Source: Lingula anatina (lineage: Eukaryota > Animalia > Brachiopoda). Taken from it: a DNA stretch of 64,000 nucleotides. Both the position numbers and the translations under genes were made by a program. Of this stretch, positions 46,942 to 60,584 are shown in pieces. Each line of letters opens with the position of its first letter. Position 1 is the stretch's first letter. The stretch spans positions 682,001 to 746,000 of the forward strand of contig CM120643.1 of the NCBI GenBank assembly GCA_051362555.1, read 5' to 3'. The notes under the pieces were generated by a model, which saw only the letters and a program-made list of their open reading frames with translations, was not told the origin of the DNA and made no database searches.

Positions 46942-49900
46942 AGCATTCTTCACAATTACATAATTCTATTAACAATATAAATTTAAAATATAACATTCCA
47001 AATCAACAATAATTTAAACCAACAATAAATCCTTTATAATATAAGTACAGACTTAAGAGAAATAATATCACAATAATTTGACTAGACATTAATTACCCGC
47101 CCAAGAACCAATTATTATACAAAAGCTTCCTATCGCTCATTTTCCCATTTCGTACTATTTTTCCTGGAGTTTTCATAAATTGAGCACAAAAAAGGAATGA
47201 TACTCGCCTTTAACCTTTTTGTTCATTTCAAAGCATGCAAAGTCAACTTCCAAGATCTTGTCAACAAACCGGCCAGTTTTAATAAGTTGTGGTAGTACTC
47301 TGGCTCTAAACTGAGCAGAGATTGACCTTTCTGCCGGCTTCAAATGAAGTTTTTTATGTGAAGTTTTTTTATGTAACATATTTTTCTACTGCTAAAGTTT
47401 CTTTATATTTACTGTAGACCATTAATTTGGACTTCAGTTTGAATCTTTCTTGGTATAGTCACCTGATGTTCTCCATAGGTATTACGTACAAAATACAGAA
47501 AATTTCCATTTCCAAGTCAACCATTTGATATTTGATTTGTGTCAGTTTATTGCCGCTCATTTTAGAAGTCCAATTGGCTGCTGCGATCGTCCAAAGATCT
47601 GAAGACTAACAGGCCTAGCTATATCGTGGGGCCATGTGTGACGTGGCACCGCTGTATTGGCCCATCCACCTGTCCTCTTTTTCGGGCTTTTTCCTTTTAA
47701 ACGAGGAAACAAACGTCTTAGCATGACGCCACTTTTCTGTCCACGGGATAATAATGACGTTTTGTTGTTCTAATCCATGGGTTAAAAGCAGAGTTTCTTA
47801 CATCTGCTGCACTCAGTAAAATGTGGACATTTTCTGTCAGATGTCGACATTTAAGTCTGTCTCTGTAACTGAGTGTTACATGTGTAGAAGCGTGCCAGAT
47901 AGGGAACAGGAAGTTGGTACGTTTGCGTACCGTAGGACACGTGCACCAAATTTGTGTCACGCCATCAGTTCCAATGATGATTACTGAACTGTGACTGCTT
48001 CAAAGGCAGCTATGGTCCATCACCTTGCAAACGTCAGAACAGCCATGACGGTCACCAGGCATGATGTTTATATCTGGCTGTGCCCGTTACCACTGGGATT
48101 TGGTAAAATTGGGAGGGCAGATGGTTGCAAGTGGCTCAAAGTTGCAATACGGAAGATAAAAATATCATCCACATAAGTCACATATCGTGTATAAAAGGAC
48201 ACAGTAGAAAATATCTGACGGTATCTCGAGAGCACTGCAATCTTTATCTGTGTCTCGAGACTTCTGCGGTCTTTAGCGTTCTTTTGTTAATTGTAGTGTC
48301 AGAGTCTCTGTAGAATGATCCGGTATAGGTCCTATTAGCTAGGCACCCATTCTTGGTGCTTGAATGAATGAATGAATTCCCTTTTGTACGTATATACATT
48401 ACAGTGCAGTTAGGCCCGTGGCGCTGTAACAAGTGTCTTTTCTCATATCTTAGTCAATGCATAATTTCGTTCCTTTTTTTGAAGAATAAAATTTGTTGGT
48501 CCTATCTTTACTGACATCAACTTCACAAAGCGTTACAATGATTAAATGGACATCTCCACATTACAACAATTATGCACCATAAGTATAGCATACGTCTGGT
48601 GGATAAAAATGCACCAAACTTACGATGCTAGTATATCCCATATAATTCTATGTAATGCATGCTATCATCTTTGTCTCTGAAAAGCTTAAGTCAATTGCTT
48701 TTGAACATTATATTATGTTGTGCCCAATAAAAATTCCTAGTTCAAAGATACTTTCTGAGACACTCATAAAAGAGCATCATTTGTAATCTCCAACAAAAGA
48801 TAATAAACTGCTGGCATACGCCTTTCATTTATCTCTCTCTTATTAATCCAACAACAGGTTTTTTTCTCTAAGAGCTTACGCGTTTTATTGATATTGAGCG
48901 ATTAACATTTAAACGCTTGATCAAATTGATATTTACCAAATAAAAATAACGCAATTTAATTTATTATATCTAAAGATTAAATATTAAACAACTCTAAGTA
49001 AACTTAACTACTTGTTTGTGTAAATGTATTCAAAATATCGCAATATTCTATCATCAACGTTAAAATTCATTTTATGAACGTTCTAATATATATTGCTACT
49101 ATGATATGTATGTAAATCTAAACTGCATCAAAAATGTCAACAATAATAACGACTGAAACACCAAACCTAATAAAACACCGATATCTAGTTCTTTATCGTT
49201 TCTAATTACAGACGTATATAATGCCGTTTGGATTCTTTTAAATATTAGAAAGACTTTCGCACCTTAGTACACCTTTAGATCTGACTGTCAGCGTATGTGC
49301 TTCATAAATATATTATTCAATAAATAATGTGTATTTTATCTACACTAATTTAAATAAACAAGACTTTAAATACACAATATTTATTGTGAACAGAAGCACA
49401 TGATCATCATTATCATAATGCTTGCTTAATTTAATAAAAAATGAACGATCCGCTTTCTTTGCGGTTAAAAAAAAATTTCAATCATAAAATGATCGCTCAT
49501 TGCCGCATTTTTTCCTGCGAATAGCGATCTGAGATGTCATTATACTGACAGCGAGCAAAATATAATTGAACAAAGGGCCCATGAGAACGGACTTCGTGTC
49601 CTTTTTGTTTTCTTTGAAGTTCAGTGCCCATTTCAACATTGTATTCAAAGCAGTTATTTCATTCTTTGAATTTTGTTTCGCCAGACAATACTTATTGTCA
49701 CGACTTCAGATTAAAAGCTTTCTAGCTCAATGTTTTATCTTTAATAGCAAGAATAGTGTTCTAATTTGAATTAAATAAAACACAGGAAAAGAGATGCTGA
49801 ATTAAGCCTGCACAATTGCATTTCAATACACTGAAAATTATTTTTCTGTTAACGGGCCTAAATTAAAAAAATTACGCAAATTTACAGGACACAAAATTGT

Positions 49901-50658
49901 CTTCACAGTGGCACCGTTCACCCTCTAAAATTCCAATTTTTGGGTCCTTCTGCAGGCCCCAAACACCCGCGCCAAGGGCCTTGCATCCGCGGACCCCCCC
50001 CCCCCCCCCTTCAAATAATCCTTGTTCCGCCCCTGTATTCACAATATTTATTGTGAACAATATCTCTCATCAGGAAGCACATGATCATCATAATCATAAT
50101 GCTTGCTTAATTTAATAAAAAATGAACGATCCGCTTTCTTTGCGGTTAAAAAAAAAATCAATAATAAAATGGTCGCTCATTGCCGCATTTTTTCCTGCGA
50201 ATAGCGTTCTGAGATGTCATAATACTGACAGAGAGCAAATATAATTGTACAAAGGCCCCATGACAACGGACTTCGTGTCCTTTTTGTTTTCTTTGAAGTT
50301 CAGGGCCCATTTCAAAATTGTATTTAAAGCAGTTACTTCATTCTTTGAATTTTGTTTCGCCAGACAATACTTATTGTCACGACTTCAGATTAAAAGCTTT
50401 CTTGCTCAATGTTTTAACTTTAATAGTTAGATCGTTAACAGTTATTATTAAATAATAAAATTAGGGTCCAAATTTTGCGCATTTTCAATTTGATTCAAAT
50501 GACCCGCTTTCTTTTACTCCAATTTCTTGTATAAAATTTCAAAAGTTAGTAGGGTTATTCAAAGTTGTAATTTCAATATCGGTGGGTTAATTAGAATCTG
50601 CCTCTCTCTTGATTAAGATATTCACAAGGAAGCGTCTTTGAACACTTTGGCTTAAAAT

Positions 50659-51708
50659 CTAAGTGTTTGTTTCACCTGGGAGTATGCACCTACAGCAACA
50701 CATTGATTTTAGAGTACGTTGAAACGTTTTACCGAACAATCCATAAATGAAAAAATTCACAGAGGAGTTTAGCACTGCTAAGAGGTTTACCACTTGGAAA
50801 GATAGAGGCATGTTCCTTTTCATATTCTGTGGCAGTGCTTCTGGATATAATCCAATAATAAAAGAACAACAATACACTAGATGGAGTACCAGTGAAGAGA
50901 TGGCGATCAAAATAGCAATTTTTGTCATTTCTTTGTGAATGGATAATTTTTGCACGGAAAGCGCTTCACGGCGTTTAGATAGTTCACGCAGTCTGCGTAT
51001 TATTCGCACATTGCATTTCGTTATGATTGAAAAAGGGTACAAAAAATAAAAAAGAGCGTGAAAAGCAAGCCAGTAGATCTTATGCTCGGGAAAACGGACA
51101 ACGGGTGGTTTGAAGCAAAATGGATAGGTCTTGTTCAACGAACATGACTGAAATCCAAATGCAACGACGAAGAAATACTTCGGTATAGCGCTAATGAAAG
51201 AGCCAATGACAAGGACAACTACCCATCCCACCCATGATTTTAGTGATGAGGTATTCAGGAGCTGTGAAACTGACGAGCAAATCAGACGGTAGCGGTCGAT
51301 GGTAACAAGAACGCACATCCAAATCGGTATAAGAGCGAGACAGTTGTTGAGTGACCAAAGCACTCGTGTATGTTTCGCAATAAAGGGAAGGGTCCCTGGT
51401 ATTAGCTCAATGTAGGAGAATATGGACGGAATGCTGATAAAGAAAGTTTGTGAAAGTAGATACAAATTATCAGAAACCGCCAAGCAACTGAGCAAAAAGG
51501 TCGATGAATTCTGAATCTTAAAATTTCGAAACACGACAAAAGACATCGTGTTCAAAATGAGACCAACCACAGCTATGAAGAAAGTCAAAACTCCACCAAC
51601 AAAATGAACGAGCCCTTTGTAATCTACATTATCATCCAATCCCCCCTCTACCCCAGTATTATTTGACCTGATATTTGGAAAATCTACCGTCGACTCAGTC
51701 TCATTCAT
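50659..51708 (-). CDS. Intronless class A GPCR, FMRFamide/peptide-receptor-like, copy 1 (349 aa)
   Basis: Seven hydrophobic segments, N-terminal N-glycosylation sequons, LAVSD (TM2), DRY and NSSVNFFIY...F motifs. Confidence 0.93.
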   Translation of the reverse strand: MNETESTVDFPNIRSNNTGVEGGLDDNVDYKGLVHFVGGVLTFFIAVVGLILNTMSFVVFRNFKIQNSSTFLLSCLAVSDNLYLLSQTFFISIPSIFSYIELIPGTLPFIAKHTRVLWSLNNCLALIPIWMCVLVTIDRYRLICSSVSQLLNTSSLKSWVGWVVVLVIGSFISAIPKYFFVVAFGFQSCSLNKTYPFCFKPPVVRFPEHKIYWLAFHALFYFLYPFSIITKCNVRIIRRLRELSKRREALSVQKLSIHKEMTKIAILIAISSLVLHLVYCCSFIIGLYPEALPQNMKRNMPLSFQVVNLLAVLNSSVNFFIYGLFGKTFQRTLKSMCCCRCILPGETNT

Positions 51709-51776
51709 ATTTTAAATCTGTCCTGCTTACCTCTGTGTATCAGCTAACCCCAGGTGCTCGTTCATGTACAAAAAGC

Positions 51777-51809
51777 AAGTGAACGAAATTTGAAATTATC
51801 ATGTTTATA
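51777..51809 (-). promoter_or_regulatory. TATA box plus initiator-like motif upstream of GPCR copy 1
   Basis: TATAAA (minus strand, 51809-51804) lies ~29 nt before TTCACTT. The homologous position reads TATAAG in the other three copies. Confidence 0.45.
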
Positions 51810-54629
51810 TGGACGTCCATACAACGAATTCATTATTTACGCCTTAGGTGTCGTCCAGCAATCTTACCAAAATCTTCATAAGGGAAATTATGATGCGCTA
51901 CATAATCCCGTCATGCTGTCAATTGGCAGGACTTCTTCGTCTCAAAAAGCGCCTTACTGCTCATATAATCAACTGACAGTTATTAAAACAGGAGAAGATC
52001 TGCATTATTAAAATCCCTGCATGTGACAGCCTTAGAAATCTAGATGACATATACAGACAAGAACGGGGGCACGCCTCAGACAAAAGTTTTAAGTTGAACG
52101 ATTTACCCACAATGAATAAAGTTCGCATATTTAGACGGATTAGGTTATTGGGAGCACTGTCAGTGAATACACTGACAAGACGGCCACACCTTGACCAAGG
52201 GGTGCAGTCGAAAGACTACGGTTATTTGTGAAACGCATCATAATTGATAAGTATACTGACAGTCAATGAAAACGCATCAGAAAACTTTCTTGTATTTTTC
52301 ACCGAGAATCGACTCCAACCATTTAAACGGGTACAAATGCACTTGTTTGGTCATAAGAGAGTTGGATGACCACTCGGATGTTTAAAATTTCCGCTTCAGT
52401 GATTTTGGGACCAGCTGTTACAAAATCATGTGCTTTTCCTGTCCCGTGATTGATGTGAATTAATCAGGTTCAATACGTGGTGATTAATTAAGCCTATTTA
52501 AGGTAGTCACCAAATCCAGTGTGACACATGACAAAAAAGTTCAATGATGCCACGTCTGACACTGAATGAGTGACTGCGGGCCCTGGGGATGCTGGAGGCT
52601 GGGCGGAACCAAAGAGATTTGATTACCTGACCTTGCATTTTAATGATTTTTTTCTGACCTTTATTTCACCTTGTGTGACTGGATAATGAGTCATATTTCA
52701 CACGTAAACTGTTATTTTCTTAATGTGCCAAAGGAACAAAAATATTATTTGATAAATAAATGACGCTTTTTCATTGATTGTCAGTATATTTTCAGCAGTT
52801 TTAGCTGGTATTGACATGATGCGTCGTGAGGCGAAAGCTGGTGATATTTCCTGATTACTTCGATCTTTAATGCTACCACACCTGCGGACTGAATGATCCA
52901 CCTGCATTGATTTTCATCATCAAGCATCTAGTTTTTGCCACCAAGCCTTTCCCATAATACTTGATTTTTTATCTCTCTTATCCTATATATCAAGCATGAT
53001 ATAAAATTTGTACCCTACTCGCGATTCCCCTTTATATACAGCAATTTTATTTTTTCCCGGTAATTCTTTGGTAGAAGTAAAAGAAACCAGTAGAAATGGG
53101 ATTTATTTGTCTGGTACAACCATTGCTTTGCCTTCACATTATCCGCTGTTTCGGCTCTCAAACCTAGATGTAATTGTTCACTAGTAATTCAGTAGGAGCA
53201 TGAATCCGGTCATCACAAAATGTAATAACCAACAGTTGCAGTCATGTAAGGGAGGTTTTCTACTGGATTCAAGCCCATGCCTGTTGGCAGGTAACCAAGA
53301 GCTGATAGATTGTATAAACAATCAACAAACAAACGAAAATGAGTAAATAAAGACGACTTTATCTGAAAAACACTAACCACACATGTCCACCATTTCTTCT
53401 TTGTAATGGTGTCAAGTCTTTCTAAGAAAAGAAAATCGCCCATGTTTAGTTGATGTTGAACAATCCACATGTTGTTGACCTTCTGGCCTCTAACAACATA
53501 AAAACAAGCAAGAATGAACTATTTTTAAAATCCCTGCGAAAATTTAAACACTTTAGCTTGAGGCTCTGTACGCATTCCTTATTTTGATTGTCCCCAAATC
53601 GGTAAACTATACAGCCAAACATATATGAACAGCTGTACACAAGGCATTTGGTGCAAAAAACGTATAATCACCGCTAAATTTTAATTACATGTATGTGACG
53701 CAGGTAAAGGTGGAGATTTTGAAGGTATCGTTAGTATAGGGTCCCCAGGCACTTTGGCGGTCTAAAAATTTAATCACACATTGAAAATGCCAACATGTGA
53801 AAAAACAGCATAACTTCGTGAATATTAATCTTATCAGGCTGGTTTTTGAACTCAAGCTGTCTTTTAGCCTCACAAATCATTTCTGTAAACTTGAGAATTA
53901 TGGGCACATGTAGTATACCACTGCTTAGACTGTAGTGCCGTTTTGTTCCTCATACTTACATGGCCAAACGTCCTGAAACAATCTATAAGTTTTGGAAAGG
54001 AAAACGAAAGTTTCCATTAATAACTAAAAATTAACTGGGTATTTTTTTTTTAACACAGAATAATGCAAGATACACGTGTTCCACCGGGATATAAGCCATA
54101 ATGAGATTATCCAAGATGCAGTGCCAAATAATAGTGTTCCATGAATCACACATCAGCGTTATCCTCTACCAGGGCCGCAGTTATTATTATGTGGACATTT
54201 TTGGCATTTTTAGCGAGAAAATATAATTGCACAAAGGCCCCATGTAAACGGTCTTCTTGTCCTTTTTTGTTTTCTTTGTTCACTGTCCATTTCAACATTG
54301 TATTCAAAGCAGTTGCACAACTTTATTCTTTGAATTTTGTTCCGGCAGCCAAATATTCATTGTTACGACTTCAGATAAAAAGTTTTCTTGCTTAATGTTT
54401 TATCTTTTATAAAAAGGTCGTTAACGGTTATTGAAATATTAAAATTAGGGCCTACATTTTGTGCATTTTTAATTTGATTCAAATGATTCACTTTCTTTTA
54501 CTTCAATTGTAAAAATTCAAAGTTGAAAAAATTCAAAAGTTAGTAGGGCTATTCAAAGTTGTAATTTCAATATCGGTGGGTTAATTCGAATCTGCCTTTC
54601 TCTTGATTAAGAAGGCGTCTTTGAACACT

Positions 54630-55685
54630 TTAGCTTAAATTCTGAGTGTTTGTTTCACCTGGGAATATGCACCTACAGCAACACATTGATTTTAGAGTAC
54701 GTCGAAACGTTTTACCGAACAATCCATAAATGAAAAAATTCACAGAAGAGTTTAGCACTGCTAAGAGGTTTACCACTTGGAACGATAGCGTCATGTTCCT
54801 TTTCATATTCTGTGGCAATGCTTCCGGATAGAAGCCAATAATAAAAGAGCAACAATACACTAGATGGAAAACTAGAGAAGAGACGGCGATCAAAATAGCT
54901 ATTTTTGTCATTTCTTTGTGAATGGACAATTTTTGCACGGAAAGCTCTTCACGGCGTTTAGATAGTTCACGCAATGTGCGTATTATACGTGCATTGCATA
55001 TCGTCATAAATGAAAAAGGAAAAAGAAAATAAAAAAGAGCGTGAAAAGCAAGATAAGTGATCCTTTGCTCAGGAAAACGGACAACGGGTGGTTTGAAGCA
55101 AAATGGATAGGTCTTGTTCAACGAACACGTCTGAAATCCAATGGAAACAACGGAGAAATACTTCGGTATAGTGCTAATGAAGGAGCCAATGACCAGGGCT
55201 ACTACCCACCCAACCCATGACTTCAGTGATGATCTCGATATATTCAGGAGCTGTGAAACTGACGAGCAAATCAGACGGTAGCGGTCAACGGTAACAAGAA
55301 CGCACATCCAAATCGGTATAAGAGCGAGCCAGTTGTTGAGTGACCAAAGCACTCGTGTATGTTTCGCAATAAGGGGAAGGGTCCTTGGTATTAGCTCTAT
55401 GTAGGAGAATATGGACGGGATGCTGACAAAAAAAGTTTGTGAAAGGAGAAACAAATTATCAGCAACTGCCAAGCAACTGAGCAAAAAAGTCGATGATTTC
55501 TGGATCTTAAAATTTCGAAACACGACAAAAGACATGATGTTCAAAGCAAGACCAACCACAGCTATGAAGAAAGCCAAAACTCCACCAACAAAATGAACAA
55601 GCACTTTGTCATCCAATCCCCCCTCTACCCCAGTATTATTTGACCTGATATTTGGAAAATCTACCGTCGACTCAGTCTCATTCAT
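54630..55685 (-). CDS. Intronless class A GPCR, copy 2 (351 aa)
   Basis: Paralog of copy 1 with an intact ORF. Confidence 0.93.
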   Translation of the reverse strand: MNETESTVDFPNIRSNNTGVEGGLDDKVLVHFVGGVLAFFIAVVGLALNIMSFVVFRNFKIQKSSTFLLSCLAVADNLFLLSQTFFVSIPSIFSYIELIPRTLPLIAKHTRVLWSLNNWLALIPIWMCVLVTVDRYRLICSSVSQLLNISRSSLKSWVGWVVALVIGSFISTIPKYFSVVSIGFQTCSLNKTYPFCFKPPVVRFPEQRITYLAFHALFYFLFPFSFMTICNARIIRTLRELSKRREELSVQKLSIHKEMTKIAILIAVSSLVFHLVYCCSFIIGFYPEALPQNMKRNMTLSFQVVNLLAVLNSSVNFFIYGLFGKTFRRTLKSMCCCRCIFPGETNTQNLS

Positions 55686-57643
55686 ATTTTAAAGCTGTTC
55701 TGCTTACCTCTGTGTCTCAGCTAACCCCAGGTACTCGTTCATGTACAAGAAGCAAGTGAACGAAATTTGAAAGCATCATACTTATATGGACGTCCATACA
55801 ACGTCTTCGTTATTTACGCCTTAGGTGTCATCGAGCAATCATGCCTAAATAGTCATTTTGGCTTTTAATTAAGGTAATTATTGTGTGCTACATGCTGTCG
55901 TTTCACTGAATTTCTTCGTCTAAAAAAAGCGCCTTACTGTTTCTATAATTTATATTGCTGACGTTAATTGTAACAGAGGAAGAGCTGGAATATTGTAAGC
56001 TACGTGAGAGCATTGGAATTATGGAAAATTTATACGTCACACCAGTACAGTGGCTCGTCTCAGACAAAGGTTTCCAGTTTCCACATTTCCTCTGTGTAGG
56101 CTAATGATGATACTAAGTCTGTCCAAGAAATGAAAATATCCCATGATTAGCTGCTGTATAATAATCCACATTACGTAGATCTTCTCGCCTCTAACAACAA
56201 AAAAACAAGAAAGAAAATGTTAAGAACAACTTTTCAACAAACAAATGCAAACTTATATCTGGTGCAAGAATGAAGTACGTTTAAAAATTCCTGTTGAAAA
56301 AAATTTGGTTTGGCCTGATACTCTGTACACATCCTTTATTCTATCACAGAGCTAGGAGAAATATTCTCTACAAAGTTGCTTTCAGGTTAATAAAAAAAAA
56401 ACAGCCACTTTCTTGACGTTGTGAAATTTAGTCACGTTACACAAGCACGTGATCAAATTGTGTACGTTATACATCGCTGCTTTTTCTTCAAATTGCAAGT
56501 TAACTGGGTATTTTAAAACACAAACAAATAGTGCGCGATACGCGTGTTCCACAGGGATATAGACCTACACGACAATATTTAAGTGGCAGTGCCAAGTAAG
56601 TGTTCCATGAATCACACATCAGCATTATCCTCTACCAGGGCCGCGGTTATTATTATGTGGACATTGAATATCTAGTGAAAAATCAATATGTGGCCCTGGT
56701 AGAGGGCACATCAACACATGTCATATACTAATTATACATAAGGGACAATTTTGGGAGAATTGTGTTCTAATTTTAATCATGGGTGCAAAAATAAAACACC
56801 GGAAAAGAGATGATGGATTAAACCTGCACAATTGCATTTCAATACACTGAAAATCCTTTTTCTGTTAACGGGCCTATATAAAAAATTACACAAAAATACA
56901 GGACACAAAATTGTCTTCACAGTGGCACCGTTCACCCTCTAAAATTCCAATTTTTGGGCCTTTCTGCAGGCCCCGAACACCCGCGCCAAGGGCCTTGCAT
57001 CCGCGGACCCCCTTCAAATAATCTTTTTTCCTCCCATGTATTCACAATATTTATTGTGAACAATATCTCTCACCATCATAATGCTTGATTAATTCAATGA
57101 AAATGAACGATCCGCTTTCTTTACGGATAACAAACAAATTTTCAATAATAAAATGGTCGTTCATTGCCGCATTTTTCCTGCTAGTAGCGTTGTGCGATGT
57201 CATTATAGTGACAGCTAGAAAAAAATAATTGCACAAAGACCCCATGTAAACGATCTTCGTGTCCTTTTTTTTTTTTTTTTTTTTTTTTTTTGTTCAGTAT
57301 CCATTTCAACATTGTATTCAAAGCAGCTGCACAACTTATTCTTTGAATTTTGTTCCCCCATACAAATATCTATTGTTACGACTTCAAATAAAAAGTTTTC
57401 TTGCCCAATGTTTTATCTTTTATTAAAAGGTCTTTAACAGTTATTGAAATATGCAAATTAGTATCTACATTTTGCTCATTTTCAATTTTAATCAAATGAC
57501 TCGCTTTCTTTTACTACAATTTCCTGTATGAAATTTCAAAAATTAGTAGGGTTATTCAATGTCGTATTTTCAATATCGGTGGTTAAATTCGAATCTGCCT
57601 TTCTCTTGATTAAGGCATTCATCAGAAAGCGTTTTTGAAAACT

Positions 57644-58595
57644 TTAGCTTAAATTCTGAGTGTTTGTTTCACCTGGGAGTATGCACCTACAGCAACACAT
57701 TGATTTTAGAGTACGTCGAAACGTTTTACCGAACAATCCATAAATGAAAAAATTCACAGAAGAGTTTAGCACTACTAAGACAGTAAGCACTTGGGAAAAA
57801 AACGGCATGTTCTGTGTAACATTTTGTGGCAACATATCAGAATAGAACCCAATAATAAAAGAACAACAATACACTAGATGGAGTACCAGTGAAGAGATGG
57901 CGATCAAAATAGCAATTTTTGTCATTTCTTTGTGAATGGATAATTTTTGCACTGAAAGCGCTTCAAGGCGTTTAGATAGTTCACGCAGTCTGCGTATTAT
58001 TCGCACGTTGCATTTCGTTATGATTGAAAAGGGGTAAAAAAAATAATAAAGAGCGTGAAAAGCAAGCCAGTAGATCTTATGCTCGGGAAAACGGACAACC
58101 GGTGGTTTGAAGCAAAATGGATAGGTCTTGTTCAACGAGCACGGCTGAAATCCACCCGAAACGACGAAGAAATACTTCGGTATAGCGCTAATGAAAGAGC
58201 CAATGACCACGGCTACTACCCACCCCACCCATGTCTTCAGTGACGTAGTTTCCCGGAGCTGTGAAACTGACGAGCAAATCAGACGGTAGCGGTCGACGGT
58301 AACAAGAACGCACATCCGCACATCCAAAGCGGTATAAGAACGAGACAGTTGTTGAGTGACCAAAGCTCTCGTGAATGTTTTGCAATAAAGGGAAGGGTCC
58401 CTGGTATTAGCTCTGAAACACGACAAAAGACGTCATGTTCAAAGTAAGACCAACCACAGCTATGAAGAAAGACAAAACTCCACCAACAAAATGAACAAGC
58501 ACTTTGTAATCTACATTGTCATCCAATCCCCCCTCTACCCCAGTATTATTTGACCTGATATTTGGAAAATCTACCGTCGACTCAGTCTCATTCAT
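57644..58595 (-). pseudogene. GPCR copy 3, pseudogene
   Basis: A 118-bp deletion after TM1 (equivalent to 61353-61470 of copy 4) gives a stop at 58409-58407. There is also an 8-bp duplication (cgcacatc) at ~58309-58324. The C-terminal half is still open. Confidence 0.9.
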
Positions 58596-60584
58596 ATTTA
58601 AACCTACCCCACCCATATCATATTTAAACCTGTGTCTCAGCTAACCCCAGGTGCTCATTCATGAACAACAAGCAACTGAACTAAATTTGAAATCATCAAG
58701 CTTATATGGACGTCCATACAACGTCTTCATTATACAGTACGCCTTAGGTGTCGTCGAGCAATCTTGCCTAAATAGTCATTTTGGCTTTTAATAAAGGTAA
58801 TTATTAAGTGCTACATATTACCGTCATGCTGTCATTTCACTGAATTTCTTCGTCTCAAAAATCGCCTTACTGTTTGTATAATTTATATTGCTGACATTAA
58901 TTGTAACACAGGAAGAGCTAGAAGATTAAAAGCTTTGTTAGAGCATTGGAATTATGGAAAATTTATACGTCACACCAGTACAGTGGCTCGTCTCAGACAA
59001 AGGTTTCCATTTTCCAAATTTCCTCTGTGTAGGCTAATAATGATACTTAGTATGTCGAAGAAATGAAAATATCTCATGATTAGCTGATGTATAATAATCC
59101 ACATTACGTAGATCTTATCGCCTCTAACAACACAACAAGAGAGAGAATGTTAAGAACAACTTTTCGACAAACAAATGCAAACTAGCTCTTATATCTGGTG
59201 CAAGAATGAAGTACGTTTAAAAAATCCTGCTGAAAAACTTTTGGTTTGGCCTGATACTATGTGCACATCCTTTATTCTATCACAGGAGAAATCTTTTCAA
59301 CAAAGTTGCTTGCAGGTTCAAAAAAACTGCCAATTTCTTGACGTTGTGGAATTTAGTCACGTTACACGAGCATGTGATCAAATTGTGTATGTCTTACGTC
59401 GCCCCTTTTTCCTCAATTGCAAATTAAATGGGTATTTTTCAACACAAACAAATAATGCACAATACACGTGATCTACAGGGATATAAACCTACACAACAAT
59501 ATTCAAGTCAGCGTTATCCTCTACCAGGGCCGCGGTTTTTATTATGTGGGCTGAGGCGAGTACGGAGAATAACCATGAATTTAACCAGAGACATATCTAT
59601 GAATATCTAGTGAAAAATCAATCTGTGGCCCTGGTAGAGGATACATCAGTGCATGTCATATACTAATTATACATAAGGGACAATTTTGGGAGAATTGTGT
59701 TCTAATTTTAATGAAATAAAACACCGGAAAAGAGATGCTGGATTAAGCTTGCACAATTGCATTTCAATATACTGAAAATTCTTTTTCTGTTAACGGGGCT
59801 AAACTAAAAAAAATTACAATAATTTACAGGACACAAAATTGTCTTCACAGTGGCACCGTTCACCCTCTAAAATTCCAATATTTGGGCATTTTTGTAGGCC
59901 CCGAAAACCCGCGCCAAGGGCCTTGCATCCCTTCAAATAATCCTTGTTCCGCCCCGGTATTCACAATATTTATTGTGAACAATATATCTCATCAGGAAGC
60001 ATATGATCATCATAATCATAATGCTTGATTAATTCAATAAAAATGAATGATCTGCTTTCTTTATGCTTAAAAAATAATTTTTTAATAATAAAATGGTCGT
60101 TCATTGCCGCATTTTTCATGCGAGTAGCGTTCTGCGATGTCATAATACTGATAGCGAGCAAAATATAATTGCACAAAGACCCCATGTAAACGGTCTTCTT
60201 GTCCTTTTCTTTATTCTCTTTGTTCTCTTTGTTCACTGTCCATTTCAACATTGTATTCAAAGCAGTTGCACAACTTCATTTTTTGAATTTTGTTCCCCCA
60301 GACAAATACTCATTGTTACGACTTCGGATAAAAAGTTTTCTTGCTCAAGGTTTTATCTTATATAAAAAGGTCGTTAACAGTTAATGAAATATTCACATTC
60401 GGATCTACATTTTGTGCATTTTCAATTTGAATCAAATGACTGCCTTTTTTTTCACTTCAATTTTATGTATAAAGTTTAAAAAATTAGTAAGGTTATTCAA
60501 TGTCCTACTTTCAATATCGGCAGGTTAATTCGAATCCGCCTTTCACTTAATTAAGGGATACATCAGAAGGCGTCTTTGAACACT

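Noticed and set aside
53235-53305. tRNA gene or tRNA-derived SINE (B-box-like ggcttgaatcc on the minus strand)
   Set aside because: I could not build a cloverleaf, and there is no clear A box or second copy in the window.
57644-58426. 260-aa ORF as a functional truncated GPCR
   Set aside because: It has a non-ATG start and a frameshifted N-terminus and lacks TM1-TM2; it is better explained as a pseudogene remnant.
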